Assembly: GCA_040386495.1 (NCBI GenBank)
Contig: JAZKFJ010000016.1
Location: 19,142-83,141, forward strand
Source of the DNA: Pseudomonadota bacterium
GTDB taxonomy: Bacteria > Pseudomonadota > Gammaproteobacteria > Xanthomonadales > Xanthomonadaceae
Direction: 5' to 3'
DNA: 64,000 bases
The notes below the pieces were generated by a model. That model worked only from the letters and a program-made list of their open reading frames with translations. It ran no database searches and was not told the DNA's origin. This document shows, piece by piece, positions 27,130-36,495 of this stretch. Positions within the stretch are counted from its first letter, which is position 1. Every line of letters starts with the position of its first letter. The position numbers and the translations under genes were made by a program.

Positions 27130-29364
27130 ATGTTCAACGGTCGCAAACTTTCCGCGCTGGACGTCGTCGACGCGACGCAGCCGCACGCCCCGGCGCTGTC
27201 GCGCCGCCAGTTCCTGCTCGGCGCGACGCTGATCGGCTCGGCGCTGATGGTCGGCTGCAGGATGGAATCCTCCGGCGATGCCGCACCCGCTGCGGCGGCC
27301 GCCGGCGGCAAACCCGCCGCGGGCTCGCCGTTCGAGGCCTACATCGCGATCGCCGCCGACGGCATCGTCACCGTGTATTCCAGCCAGTTCGACATGGGCC
27401 AGAACTCGTATCACGGCCTGGCGACGCTGGTCGCCGAAGAACTGGACGTGGCGCTGGACAACGTGCGCGTCGAAGGCCGCGCCGGCAATCCCAAGTGGTA
27501 CGGCAATCTCGCGATGGGCGGCGCGTTCCAGCTCACCGGCGGCTCCAGCAGCATGCACACATCGTGGGAGCGCTACCGCAAGGCCGGCGCCGCCGCGCGC
27601 GAACTGTTGAAACAGGCGGCCGCGCAGCAGTGGAAGGTCGCCGTCGGCGAACTGTCGACCGCGAACGGCGAAGTGATCCACGCCGGCAGCGACCGCCGCG
27701 CGCCCTACGGCAGCCTGATCGGCGCCGCCGCGCCGCTGCCGGTGCCGGGCGACATCGCGCTGAAGGACGCGAAGGCGTGGACGCTGATCGGCAAGGACGC
27801 GACCTCGCGCATCGACGCGCGCGCCAAGTCCGACGGCAGCCAGGACTACACCATCGACATCCAGCTGCCGGGCATGCTGGTCGCGACCATCGCGCACAGC
27901 CCGCGCTTCGGCGGCAAGCCGACATCCTTCGACGCGACCGCCGCCAAAGCGGTGCCGGGCGTGGTCGAGGTGGTGCAGATCAGCCGCGGCGTGGCGGTGG
28001 TGGCGAACAACACCTGGGCCGCGATCAAGGGCCGCGAGGCGCTGCAGGTGACTTGGGACGACAGCGGCGCGGAGACGCGTTCCTCGGATGCGATGTTCAC
28101 CGAATATGAAACCCTGGCCAAGAAGGAAGACGGCAAGGTCGCATTGAAGCGCGGCGATGCCGCCGGCAAGCTCGCCAAGGCCGCGAAAACCATCGAAGCG
28201 ACGTATCGTTTCCCGTATCTCGCGCACGCGGCGCTGGAACCGCTGAACGCGGTGATCCACAAGGACGGCGACCGCCTGCACATCCACGGCGGGCTGCAGA
28301 TGCCCGACGCGGTGCAGGGCACCTGCGCGCAGATCGCCGGGGTCAAACCGGATCAGGTCGACCTGCACGTGATGAAGACCGGCGGCGGTTTCGGGCGGCG
28401 CGCGGTCGCCGACTGCGATGTGTTCGTCGAAGCCACCGAGATCGCGAAAGCGATCGATTTCCGCGCGCCGGTCAAGCTGCAGTGGACGCGCGAAGCCGAC
28501 ATGGGCGGCGGCCGCTATCGCCCGCTGCACGTGCATCGCGTGCGCGTGGGCCTGGACGCCGACGGCAACGTAAGCGGCTGGCAGCACCACATCGTCGGCC
28601 AGTCGATCATGGCCGGCACCCCGTTCGAGGGGATGATGATGAAAGGCGGCATCGATCCGACCTCGACCGAGGGCGTCGTCGACACGCCGTACGCGTTGCC
28701 CGACATCGACGTGCGCATGACCCATCCGGCGTCGCCGGTGCCGGTGCTGTGGTGGCGCTCGGTCGGCCACACCCACACCGCGTACGTGATGCAGACGCTG
28801 CTCGACGAGATCGCGACGGCCACCGGCAAGGATCCGGTCGCGCTGCGGCTGGCGCTGCTGCCGGCCGACGCGCGCGAACGCGCGGTGCTGTCGCTGGCCG
28901 CCGAGAAAGCCGGCTGGTCGCAGCCGGTCGCGGACGGCCGCTATCGCGGCGTCGCCGTGCACCAGTCGTTCGGCAGCTTCGTCGCCACCGTCGCGGAAGT
29001 GTCGAAGACCGCCGACGGCGGGATCCAGGTCGAACGCTGCGTGGTGGCTTCGGACTGCGGCACCGTGATCAATCCCGACATCGTGCGCGCGCAGATCGAA
29101 GGCGGCACCGGCTTCGGCCTCAGCGCGATGCTCGGCGAACGCATCGCGCTGGAGAACGGCGCGCCGACCGCGAGCAACTACGACGCCTACCGGGTGCTGC
29201 GCATCGATGCGATGCCCACGGTCGAAGTGCATATGCTGCCGTCGACGGCATCGCCCACCGGCATCGGCGAATGCGCGGTGCCGCCGATCGGCCCCGCGGT
29301 CGCCAATGCGATCTTCCAGGCCACCGGCAAGCGCGTGCGCGACCTGCCGTTTTTGGAGGCCTGA
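27130..29364 (+). CDS. molybdopterin-binding large subunit (IorB / aldehyde oxidase beta type), Tat-exported
   Basis: A twin-arginine leader is present (LSRRQFLLGATLIGSALMVGC). This is a 744-aa xanthine-dehydrogenase-family Mo domain, for example GGGFGRR and WWRSVGHTH. Confidence 0.9.
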   Translation: MFNGRKLSALDVVDATQPHAPALSRRQFLLGATLIGSALMVGCRMESSGDAAPAAAAAGGKPAAGSPFEAYIAIAADGIVTVYSSQFDMGQNSYHGLATLVAEELDVALDNVRVEGRAGNPKWYGNLAMGGAFQLTGGSSSMHTSWERYRKAGAAARELLKQAAAQQWKVAVGELSTANGEVIHAGSDRRAPYGSLIGAAAPLPVPGDIALKDAKAWTLIGKDATSRIDARAKSDGSQDYTIDIQLPGMLVATIAHSPRFGGKPTSFDATAAKAVPGVVEVVQISRGVAVVANNTWAAIKGREALQVTWDDSGAETRSSDAMFTEYETLAKKEDGKVALKRGDAAGKLAKAAKTIEATYRFPYLAHAALEPLNAVIHKDGDRLHIHGGLQMPDAVQGTCAQIAGVKPDQVDLHVMKTGGGFGRRAVADCDVFVEATEIAKAIDFRAPVKLQWTREADMGGGRYRPLHVHRVRVGLDADGNVSGWQHHIVGQSIMAGTPFEGMMMKGGIDPTSTEGVVDTPYALPDIDVRMTHPASPVPVLWWRSVGHTHTAYVMQTLLDEIATATGKDPVALRLALLPADARERAVLSLAAEKAGWSQPVADGRYRGVAVHQSFGSFVATVAEVSKTADGGIQVERCVVASDCGTVINPDIVRAQIEGGTGFGLSAMLGERIALENGAPTASNYDAYRVLRIDAMPTVEVHMLPSTASPTGIGECAVPPIGPAVANAIFQATGKRVRDLPFLEA

Positions 29365-29426
29365 TCTGGTCGGTGTTGCCTGAAACCAGTCTCAACATCG
29401 GCCAATGGATCTTGAGCAACGTTTTT

Positions 29427-29453
29427 GTCATCCCGAGCGCAGCGAGGGATGAC
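29427..29453. repeat. single REP hairpin GTCATCCC-gagcgcagcga-GGGATGAC
   Basis: A perfect 8-bp stem in the intergenic region before the cytochrome c gene. Confidence 0.7.
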
Positions 29454-29513
29454 AGTTCAAACCGCTTTCGAGATGACGACTACGTACCTGCAACCGACGC
29501 GGAGCATTGACCC

Positions 29514-29885
29514 ATGACCCTTCGAATCGTCTCGCTCGCCGTGCTGTCGCTGTGCGGCGCACTCTCGCTCAGCGCACACGCGCAGACCGCGCAGGAAGGC
29601 AAGGCGGCGTTCGTCGCCTGCACCGGCTGCCATTCGGTGGACGGCAGCGCAAAACCGACCGGCCCGACGCTGAAAGGCGTCGTCGGCCGCAAGGCCGCCA
29701 GCGTCGCCGCCTATCCCAACTATTCGCCCGCGTTACGCAGCAGCAAGATCACCTGGACCGCGCAGGAACTCGACGCTTACCTCAAGGCGCCGTCGACGCG
29801 GGTCAAGGGCACGACGATGATGATCGCGACACCCGACGCCAAGCGCCGCAAGGCGATCGTCGCGTATCTGGGCACGCTGAAATGA
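29514..29885 (+). CDS. class I c-type cytochrome (c2/c550-like), probable electron acceptor of the Mo enzyme
   Basis: A signal peptide, the heme motif CTGCH, GPTLKGVVGRK, and a distal Met region (GTTMM) are present. Confidence 0.85.
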   Translation: MTLRIVSLAVLSLCGALSLSAHAQTAQEGKAAFVACTGCHSVDGSAKPTGPTLKGVVGRKAASVAAYPNYSPALRSSKITWTAQELDAYLKAPSTRVKGTTMMIATPDAKRRKAIVAYLGTLK

Positions 29886-29901
29886 TGGTGGCGGCCACGC
29901 T

Positions 29902-30876
29902 TTGTCCGACGCGCTTCCATTCGACCGCATGCCGCGTCCGCTCGAGCTGCTGATCGCCAGCGCGCGGCGCGACGAACGCTGCGCGCTGGTCACCCTCGTC
30001 GGCATCCACGGCGCCGCGCCGCGCCGGATCGGCGCGCAGATGGCGGTGACCGAAGGCGGCGAGGTCGCGGGTTCGTTCTCCGGCGGCTGTCTGGACTGGT
30101 CGGTGATCGAGGAAGCGCAGCGCGCCATCGCCGATGGCGCCAGCCGGCGCGTGCGCTACGGCACCGACTCGCCCTACGTCGATATCGTGTTGCCCTGCGG
30201 CAGCGGCCTCGATTTGCAGTTCGACGGCATCGTGCCGGCCGCGACCGTCGAAGCCATCGCGCAGGCCATCGCGCAGCGCGAAGCCTTCGATCTGCGCTGG
30301 CGCGACGCCGCGACGCCGCCCGATTGTCTGCCGCCCGCACCGACCGCCGCCGATGAAACGCGCATCCGCCAACGGCCCGCGCTGCGCCTGGTGCTGGCCG
30401 GCGCCGGCGACACGTTGCTGGCGATGTGCCGGCTGGCGCGCGCGGCGGACATCGAAGTGATCGCGCTCAGTCCCGAACGCGAGTTGCTTCCGGCGCTGGA
30501 CGCGATCGGCGTACCGCTGCACGTGTTGCAGGCGCAGCACGCGCTGCCGCCGCTGGCGTTCGATGCCTACACCGCGGCCATCACCCTGTTCCACGATCAC
30601 GACTGGGAACTGCCGTTCCTGCAGCGGGCGCTCGCCAGCGACGCCTGCCTGGTCGGCGCGATGGGCAGCCCGCGCGCGCAGGCGCAGCGGCTGGAAGCAT
30701 TGCAGTCGCGCGGCGTGCCGGCCGCGGACGCCGCGCGACTGCGCAGCCCGCTGGGGCTGCTGCCGCGCGCGCGGGATCCGCAGGAATTGGGGGTGTCGAT
30801 GCTGGCCGAAGCGATGCAGGCGTATCGCGCGCATTGCTATCCGGAAACCGCAGCGGACGCCGCCACATCCGCATGA
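29902..30876 (+). CDS. XdhC/CoxI family molybdoenzyme maturation protein
   Basis: [39 protein letters not shown] is the XdhC N-domain signature. A Rossmann-like C-domain follows (LVLAGAGD). Confidence 0.8.
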   Translation: MSDALPFDRMPRPLELLIASARRDERCALVTLVGIHGAAPRRIGAQMAVTEGGEVAGSFSGGCLDWSVIEEAQRAIADGASRRVRYGTDSPYVDIVLPCGSGLDLQFDGIVPAATVEAIAQAIAQREAFDLRWRDAATPPDCLPPAPTAADETRIRQRPALRLVLAGAGDTLLAMCRLARAADIEVIALSPERELLPALDAIGVPLHVLQAQHALPPLAFDAYTAAITLFHDHDWELPFLQRALASDACLVGAMGSPRAQAQRLEALQSRGVPAADAARLRSPLGLLPRARDPQELGVSMLAEAMQAYRAHCYPETAADAATSA

Positions 30877-31445
30877 CCACGGTCGTCGCCATCCTCGCGG
30901 CCGGCGGTTCCAGCCGCCTCGGCCAACCGAAACAGCTGGTGCGATGGCGTGGTGCCTCGCTGCTGCAACATGCGGTCGATACCGCCAGCGCCGTGGCGCC
31001 GCGCGTGCTGCTGACCCTCGGCGCGGATGCCGACGCGCTGTGGCGCACGCTGCGCGCGCCGCCGTCTCTGGAACGCGTCGACGTGCCCGATCATCGCGAC
31101 GGCATGTCCGCGTCGCTGCGCGCGGCGGTCGCGCGCGTGGATGCGGAGCCGGCGGTGCAACGCCTGCTGGTGATGCTGGTCGATCAATACGCCGTCGACG
31201 CCGCCTGGCTGCGCGACCTGCTCGCGCTGGCCGACGCGCATCCGCGGCGCATGGTCGCCTCCCGCTACGACGGCCTGCGCGGGGTGCCGGCGGTGTTTCC
31301 GCGCAACGTCTTCCCCGCGCTCGCCGCGCTGCACGGCGACCGGGGCGCGCGCGCGTTGCTGCGCGACGAAGCCGATCCCATCGACGTCATCGCCCCGCAG
31401 GCGCCGGGCGATGTCGATACGTCGCGGCAGATCCCTGGCGACTGA
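30873..31445 (+). CDS. molybdenum cofactor cytidylyltransferase (MocA-like nucleotidyltransferase)
   Basis: [19 protein letters not shown] and LVMLVDQ are present. The start overlaps the XdhC stop (ATGA). Confidence 0.8.
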   Translation: MTTVVAILAAGGSSRLGQPKQLVRWRGASLLQHAVDTASAVAPRVLLTLGADADALWRTLRAPPSLERVDVPDHRDGMSASLRAAVARVDAEPAVQRLLVMLVDQYAVDAAWLRDLLALADAHPRRMVASRYDGLRGVPAVFPRNVFPALAALHGDRGARALLRDEADPIDVIAPQAPGDVDTSRQIPGD

Positions 31446-31459
31446 AAGGCCCGGGATTT

Positions 31460-31590
31460 GTCGTCGCCCCCGCGAAGGCGGGAAGCTCCCGCAACAGCCG
31501 GAGGCCGGTCATCCATGCCTGGGACCATTCGGCGCGTATCGTATTGGCTTCACTTAACCGGGCATGGATCCCCGCCTGCGCAGGGACGGC
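31460..31590. repeat. REP-like hairpins (CCCGCGAAGGCGGG; ATCCCCGCCTGCGCAGGGAC)
   Basis: Short GC palindromes of the GTCATCCC/…CGCGAAGGCGGG type, after the MocA gene. Confidence 0.5.
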
Positions 31591-31654
31591 GGCAGAGGCG
31601 CAGCGACGGCCGCAGTCGATTACCCTAGCCACCGTTTTCCTTCGACGCACCGAC

Positions 31655-32362
31655 ATGTCCGCCACCGATCTGCTCGACGACGCCAAGCTCGACCGCCTCT
31701 CCGACCTGCTGGACCAGCGCGCCGTGCCGTTCAAGGGCTTCAATGTCGAAGCGCTGGATGGTTACCTCTCCGCGCTGGCGGTGTCGCCGGAGACGGTGCC
31801 GCCCGAAGAGTGGCAGCCGGCGGTGTGGGGCGGCAAGGTGCCGCGCTGGAACGACGCTACCGAAGCGGCCGAGGTCGACATGCTGCTGATGTCGCACTGG
31901 CGCATGGTCGAACAGCGCGTCCGCCACGACGGCGACATCCCCGACCACCTCGCGCCGCTGCTGTGGCTGCCCGACGATCCGTCCGAGCACAGCGACGACG
32001 CCCTGGACGTCGGCCAGGACTGGGCCTACGGCTTCTTCCGCGCCGTCGAACTGCGCGAATCCGCCTGGGACGCGTGGCTGGACGAACAGGACTGGATCGA
32101 TGAGATCTTCACCTACCTCGACCGCCTCGCCAGCGGCGAAGTGATGGGCGAGGATCCCGAAGCAGAAGGCACCCCGCTGGGCTACGAAGAACGCCTGGGC
32201 ATCATCGTCCAACTGCCGGAGATGCTGGCCGACCTGCACCTGCACCGCATCGACGCCCTGACCCCGCGCACGCAACTCAAGCGCGAAGAAAAACCCGATC
32301 GCAACGACCCGTGCCCCTGCGGCAGCGGCAAGAAATACAAGAAGTGCCACGGCGCGGGTTGA
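31655..32362 (+). CDS. UPF0149/YecA family protein with C-terminal SEC-C metal-binding motif
   Basis: [21 protein letters not shown] (YgfB/UPF0149 core) is present. The terminal sequence is [17 protein letters not shown]. Confidence 0.8.
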   Translation: MSATDLLDDAKLDRLSDLLDQRAVPFKGFNVEALDGYLSALAVSPETVPPEEWQPAVWGGKVPRWNDATEAAEVDMLLMSHWRMVEQRVRHDGDIPDHLAPLLWLPDDPSEHSDDALDVGQDWAYGFFRAVELRESAWDAWLDEQDWIDEIFTYLDRLASGEVMGEDPEAEGTPLGYEERLGIIVQLPEMLADLHLHRIDALTPRTQLKREEKPDRNDPCPCGSGKKYKKCHGAG

Positions 32363-32409
32363 GCGCCCCCGTATTTCAAACCACATGCGAACAGGGTGAT
32401 TGCGAATCC

Positions 32410-33141
32410 GTAGCCCGGGTCTCGCCACCGGCGAGACCCGGGATGGCGGTGACCAACAACTCATCCGTCTTCGCCCGCATCCGCACTATCAGGCGCCACA
32501 CCCTAATCGCGATGCGTTCTGCCCATCGCGACATCACGATGAAACGTGGAATACGGCCAAGCCGAAACGCGATCGGTCAGACCATGCTTGACCGGGTTGT
32601 AGTGAACATAATCGACGTGCGTCCGCAGATCGTCGTCGTCGCGGATCGTGTGCTCCCAGAAACGCCGGGCCCACACGGTTGGCTCTCCTCGATGAGATCG
32701 CGGAATGCATACGCCCCGCGCTTTCAAGGCCTGCGTGAACCTGCCTTTGAAAACCTGCAACCGTGTCGAATACGCCTCATCGCCTTCCGGTAAACGCCAG
32801 ACGGCATGCAGATGATCCGGCAACACCACCATCGCAACTATTTCGAACGGGCGCTCCGCCTTGGTCTTACGCAACGACCGTCGCAGAGCGTCGATCTGCT
32901 CAACGAGCGTCCGCGAAGAACGATCGGCCAACGTCAGCGTGAAGAAATAGGTGCCCCCGGGGGCACGATTGCGTCGATACAACACCATCGGGGCAGGATG
33001 CGATCCTTGCGTGCTGTGCGGTATCGGAAAAGTCCGCCATCGCTGTAAGGATTTCCCGGGTCTCGCCGTTGGCGAGACCCGGGCTACGAACCTTTCATCG
33101 CACTCGTAGCCCGGGTGCGCGCGCAGCGTGTACCCGGGACG
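32410..33141 (-). mobile_element. REP-RAYT-REP unit (REP-associated tyrosine transposase with flanking cognate REPs)
   Basis: REPs occur at 32410-32444 (GTAGCCCGGGTCTCGCCACCGGCGAGACCCGGGAT), in inverted orientation at 33051-33087, and as a third copy at 33107-33141. They surround the Y1-transposase-like gene. Confidence 0.8.
32503..32988 (-). CDS. REP-associated tyrosine transposase (IS200/IS605 TnpA-like, RAYT)
   Basis: 161 aa. The HUH motif is in LPDHLHAVW. The catalytic Tyr region is [13 protein letters not shown]. The overall match is to transposase_17/Y1_Tnp-like proteins. Confidence 0.85.
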   Translation of the reverse strand: MVLYRRNRAPGGTYFFTLTLADRSSRTLVEQIDALRRSLRKTKAERPFEIVAMVVLPDHLHAVWRLPEGDEAYSTRLQVFKGRFTQALKARGVCIPRSHRGEPTVWARRFWEHTIRDDDDLRTHVDYVHYNPVKHGLTDRVSAWPYSTFHRDVAMGRTHRD

Positions 33142-33156
33142 GACGCGATGCAGACC

Positions 33157-33354
33157 TCACCTAATAGTCCGGTTACTGTTCTTGGCGCCGCGCAGGTTAT
33201 TTGATTGAGGAGTGCCCTGGTCTTGCGCATGATTGGGATCACCGTCGACCTCAACCTCGATATCTTTGTAAATCGGCTGCCAGCTCGTCATGCCAAACGG
33301 GCCACCAACTTCTATTGCGCCGCAAGCGACACGGATTTTGATTTTCTTGTGCAT
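33157..33354 (-). CDS. possible small hypothetical protein in an AT-rich patch
   Basis: A 65-aa ORF (MHKKIKIRVACGAIEVGGPFGMTSWQPIYKDIEV...). Its composition is clearly AT-richer than the surroundings. The SD is weak and I recognise no family. Confidence 0.25.
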   Translation of the reverse strand: MHKKIKIRVACGAIEVGGPFGMTSWQPIYKDIEVEVDGDPNHAQDQGTPQSNNLRGAKNSNRTIR

Positions 33355-33443
33355 GGTGATTTCCGACTCTGGTTGGTATGAACCGACAGTCTGAGTCTGA
33401 TCGTCCCATCACTTTTCAAGTGGTTTCCGAAATTCGAGTTCTC

Positions 33444-34637
33444 TCAGCCTTTCGCCTTCCAAGCCGCCAACACCGCCGCCTCGCGCTCCGGCTTGATCCC
33501 CGCACGCGGCCCTGCCTTGCGCCGCTCCTCCGGCTGCGCTGCGAACCACGCCAGTGTCGCTGCTGTGGTGTCGGCGATGCTGCGAAACGTCAGCCCGGCG
33601 GCAATCGCTTTCGCGTTGCTGCGGGTGTGGAAGCCGGCGGAGTCGCCGCCGCCGGGCACCCATACCGGCATGTCGCCCCAGGGCGAGACGTTCTGCGCTT
33701 CGAGGAAATCGGTCGGTACGAAGGTGAGCTTCGCGCCCTGGGTGGTGGAAGCGCGGATGCCGTACAGCAGCGCGGCCATGTCGAGGTCGTAGTCCGGGCC
33801 GATGGCGTTGTAGATGCCGTGGGCGTGGTTCTCGGCGAGGCGGATCATCCATTCGCCCAGATCGCGCGCGTCGACGAACTTCACCGGGTCGCGGCCGTCG
33901 CCCGGGCACAGCACTTCGCCGCCGCGCGACAGCCGCAGCGGCCAGTAGGTGAAGCGGTCGGTGTCGTCGCCGGGGCCGACGATCAGGCCCGGCCGCACGA
34001 TGGTGGTCTTGTCGCCGAAGTGCTTGCGCGCTTCGGCTTCGGTCGCGGCTTTCAGACCGGCGTACTTCTGCATGTCGGCGCGCAGGCTGGCGTTGGTTTC
34101 CTTGAGCGGGTCGCCGTCGAACGTCGCCAGCGGCGCGGTTTCGTCGGTGCCGGGCGTCGCGCTGTCGGCGTAGGCCGAGAGGCTGGAGATCATCGTGTAC
34201 GCACCGACATGGCCTTTCAGCACCGCGGCCGCATCGCGGATCCACGCCGGCACGCTGCTGGGATTGTCGATCACCGCGTCCCAGCGCCGGCCCTTGGCGA
34301 TTTCGGCTTCGATGGCGGCGTAGTCGTTCTTGTCGCGGTCGCCGAGCAGCTGCTCCACATCGCCCGGCCATTCCGGCTGTTTGCGGCCGCGGTTGAAGAG
34401 GGTGACCCGATGACCGCGCGCCAGCGCGTAACGCACCTGATGCGGGCCGGTCAGTCCGGTGCCGCCGAGGATCAGCAGGTCGAAGGGCGCTTCGGCCGGA
34501 CGCGGCTTGCCGATGGGCTGCGGCGCGGAGTCGCGGCTGGCGGCCTGCACGGGGGCGATCTGCGCGGACGCGTGCGCGGCGACGGTGGCGGCCAGACCCA
34601 GCGCACCGAACTTCAGGACATCGCGACGATCGAGCAT
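33444..34637 (-). CDS. Tat-exported NAD(P)-dependent epimerase/dehydratase-family (SDR) protein
   Basis: A twin-arginine leader MLDRRDVLKFGALGLAATVAAHASA is present, followed by a Rossmann motif LLILGGTGLTGPH. Confidence 0.8.
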   Translation of the reverse strand: MLDRRDVLKFGALGLAATVAAHASAQIAPVQAASRDSAPQPIGKPRPAEAPFDLLILGGTGLTGPHQVRYALARGHRVTLFNRGRKQPEWPGDVEQLLGDRDKNDYAAIEAEIAKGRRWDAVIDNPSSVPAWIRDAAAVLKGHVGAYTMISSLSAYADSATPGTDETAPLATFDGDPLKETNASLRADMQKYAGLKAATEAEARKHFGDKTTIVRPGLIVGPGDDTDRFTYWPLRLSRGGEVLCPGDGRDPVKFVDARDLGEWMIRLAENHAHGIYNAIGPDYDLDMAALLYGIRASTTQGAKLTFVPTDFLEAQNVSPWGDMPVWVPGGGDSAGFHTRSNAKAIAAGLTFRSIADTTAATLAWFAAQPEERRKAGPRAGIKPEREAAVLAAWKAKG

Positions 34638-34862
34638 GCGGGCGCTCCGGCAAGGGTTCGCGCCATGGTTCTCCGAAACAGCGGCCGCAGCCCGTGCCGG
34701 AAGTCAGCACGCGCCGCGGAACCGCGGAGTAGCGTCTGCCGGTCCCGTTCGGTGTTCGGTGTTCGCAGGCGAATGCTTGCCGAAAGGTTTTCCGGCCGGA
34801 AACGACGATGCCCCGGGTTTCCCCGGGGCATCGTGCGACAACGCGGTGCAGAAACTACGCGA

Positions 34863-36053
34863 TCAACCGAGGACCAGCGTCAGGGCGAAGCGGCTGAGGA
34901 TCGGAGTGATCGGCTGGAACCACGTGATCGGGCTGGCCACGCCGCAATTGTTGTTGCTGCCGGCGGGCAGCTGGCCGCCCGAGGTCACGCCCTGGGCCTG
35001 GCCGGTGCCGGTGATCCACGAACCGCCGGAGTCGCCCTGGCCTGCGCATGCGGTGGAGCGGGTCAGGCCGTTCACGTTGCCCGTACCGTAGTTAACGGTG
35101 TTGTTGTAGGAGACGACGGTGCCGCAGCGCCAGCCGGTGGTGCGGCCGGAACGGCAGATCGCCGCGCCGATCGGCGCCACGGTGCGGCCCAGCACGCGCT
35201 GCACGGTGCCGTTGTACTTGGTCACCTGGCCGAACAGCGTATCGATGCTGCGCACGTTCGCCCAAGCCATGTCGCCGCCCGGGAAATACTGACCCTGGAC
35301 CGCGCCGACCTGCGTGCCCAAGAGGCGCACCGGGGTACCGACGCCGCCGCAGTGGCCGGCGGTGGCGAAGCCCTTGGTGGCGCCGCGCGTGACCGAGAAA
35401 CCGATCGAGCACAGACCGCCGCCGGACTGGTACTCGGCGCCGCCGACGACATTCAGGAACGGCGTCGGCGCTTCGAAGGGCGACACCTCGAAACGGACCA
35501 TGCCCGCATCGATGTTGCTGGCCGCGACGAAATCCACCGCGCGCAACGCGTGGCCCGGCGCGACCGTCACCACGATGCTGTTGCCCGGCACATCCACAGC
35601 CCAGGCATGCACGCCGCTCAGGCGGCTCTTCTGCACGGTGCCGGCGTGGACGGCGTCGAGTTCCGCCGCCGCATTGCGCAGCTGGCGGGCGGTGTAGCGG
35701 TGCTGACGCACTTCGATGCCGCCCACGCTCGCGGCCTTGGCGGCGCCGGTGGTGGCGGCGACATAACGGTAGTTACCGTCGGCATCGCGCTCGAGCCAAC
35801 TGCCCGCATAGCGGTCGCCCAACTGCTTGGACACGCGCGCTTCGTTGAGATAGGCGGTGCGTTCGGCATTGAAGTATTGCGCCAACTGCGCGTCGTTCAT
35901 GCCCAGATCGCGCTTCATCGCATCGGCGACGACTTTGCTGAGCACGGGCGCGCGCTCGGCGGCGGAAACGTTGCCGATGGCGAGCACGGCGGCGGCGAGC
36001 GACAGCGCGATGGCGGTGCGGCGGGCGGAAAGACGGTTGTGCGGATGGGACAT
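34863..36053 (-). CDS. alpha-lytic protease-like S1E serine endopeptidase, prepro-enzyme
   Basis: Starts at MSHPHNRL (GGAG 9 nt upstream), with a signal peptide and a long pro-region. The mature part is collinear with Lysobacter alpha-lytic protease as I remember it: CSIGFSVTRGATKGFATAGHCG, AICRSGRTTGWRCGTV, ACAGQGDSGGSWIT, GQAQGVTSGG and PILSRFALTLV. Confidence 0.9.
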   Translation of the reverse strand: MSHPHNRLSARRTAIALSLAAAVLAIGNVSAAERAPVLSKVVADAMKRDLGMNDAQLAQYFNAERTAYLNEARVSKQLGDRYAGSWLERDADGNYRYVAATTGAAKAASVGGIEVRQHRYTARQLRNAAAELDAVHAGTVQKSRLSGVHAWAVDVPGNSIVVTVAPGHALRAVDFVAASNIDAGMVRFEVSPFEAPTPFLNVVGGAEYQSGGGLCSIGFSVTRGATKGFATAGHCGGVGTPVRLLGTQVGAVQGQYFPGGDMAWANVRSIDTLFGQVTKYNGTVQRVLGRTVAPIGAAICRSGRTTGWRCGTVVSYNNTVNYGTGNVNGLTRSTACAGQGDSGGSWITGTGQAQGVTSGGQLPAGSNNNCGVASPITWFQPITPILSRFALTLVLG

Positions 36054-36495
36054 TGAGATTCGCTCCATGATTGATTGATACATCGCTTGAAGATCGATCG
36101 GCGACCAGAGCGATGGGGGCTCGCTTCCTTGCCGGAACCGACCAGGCAGATACCGATCTGCGGTCGTGAGGTCGCCATCGAAGGCGGGCGTGCGGCGGGA
36201 ACCCTTTTCCGCGCCGCACCGATCGATGCTATCTCTGCCGCAGGTCGCATTTCGTGCAAGGGCTCTCAAAAATTCGTTTCGGTTGCAGCATCCGTGTGCG
36301 GCCGCGAAACGCGATTTGCGCGATGCATCTCAGAGCCTCGCCGGCAGGCGCAACGATCCGTGTCCCTGATCTCATCCGTCCGACCCGCGGCCACAGCGGA
36401 CCGCGCACCGACCGCGGCAATCCGGTGTCGATCAGACGCTCGCGGATCGCCCGGCCGAAACCGGATCACCGGGGCGCAAGCACAGCCCGGCAGCG

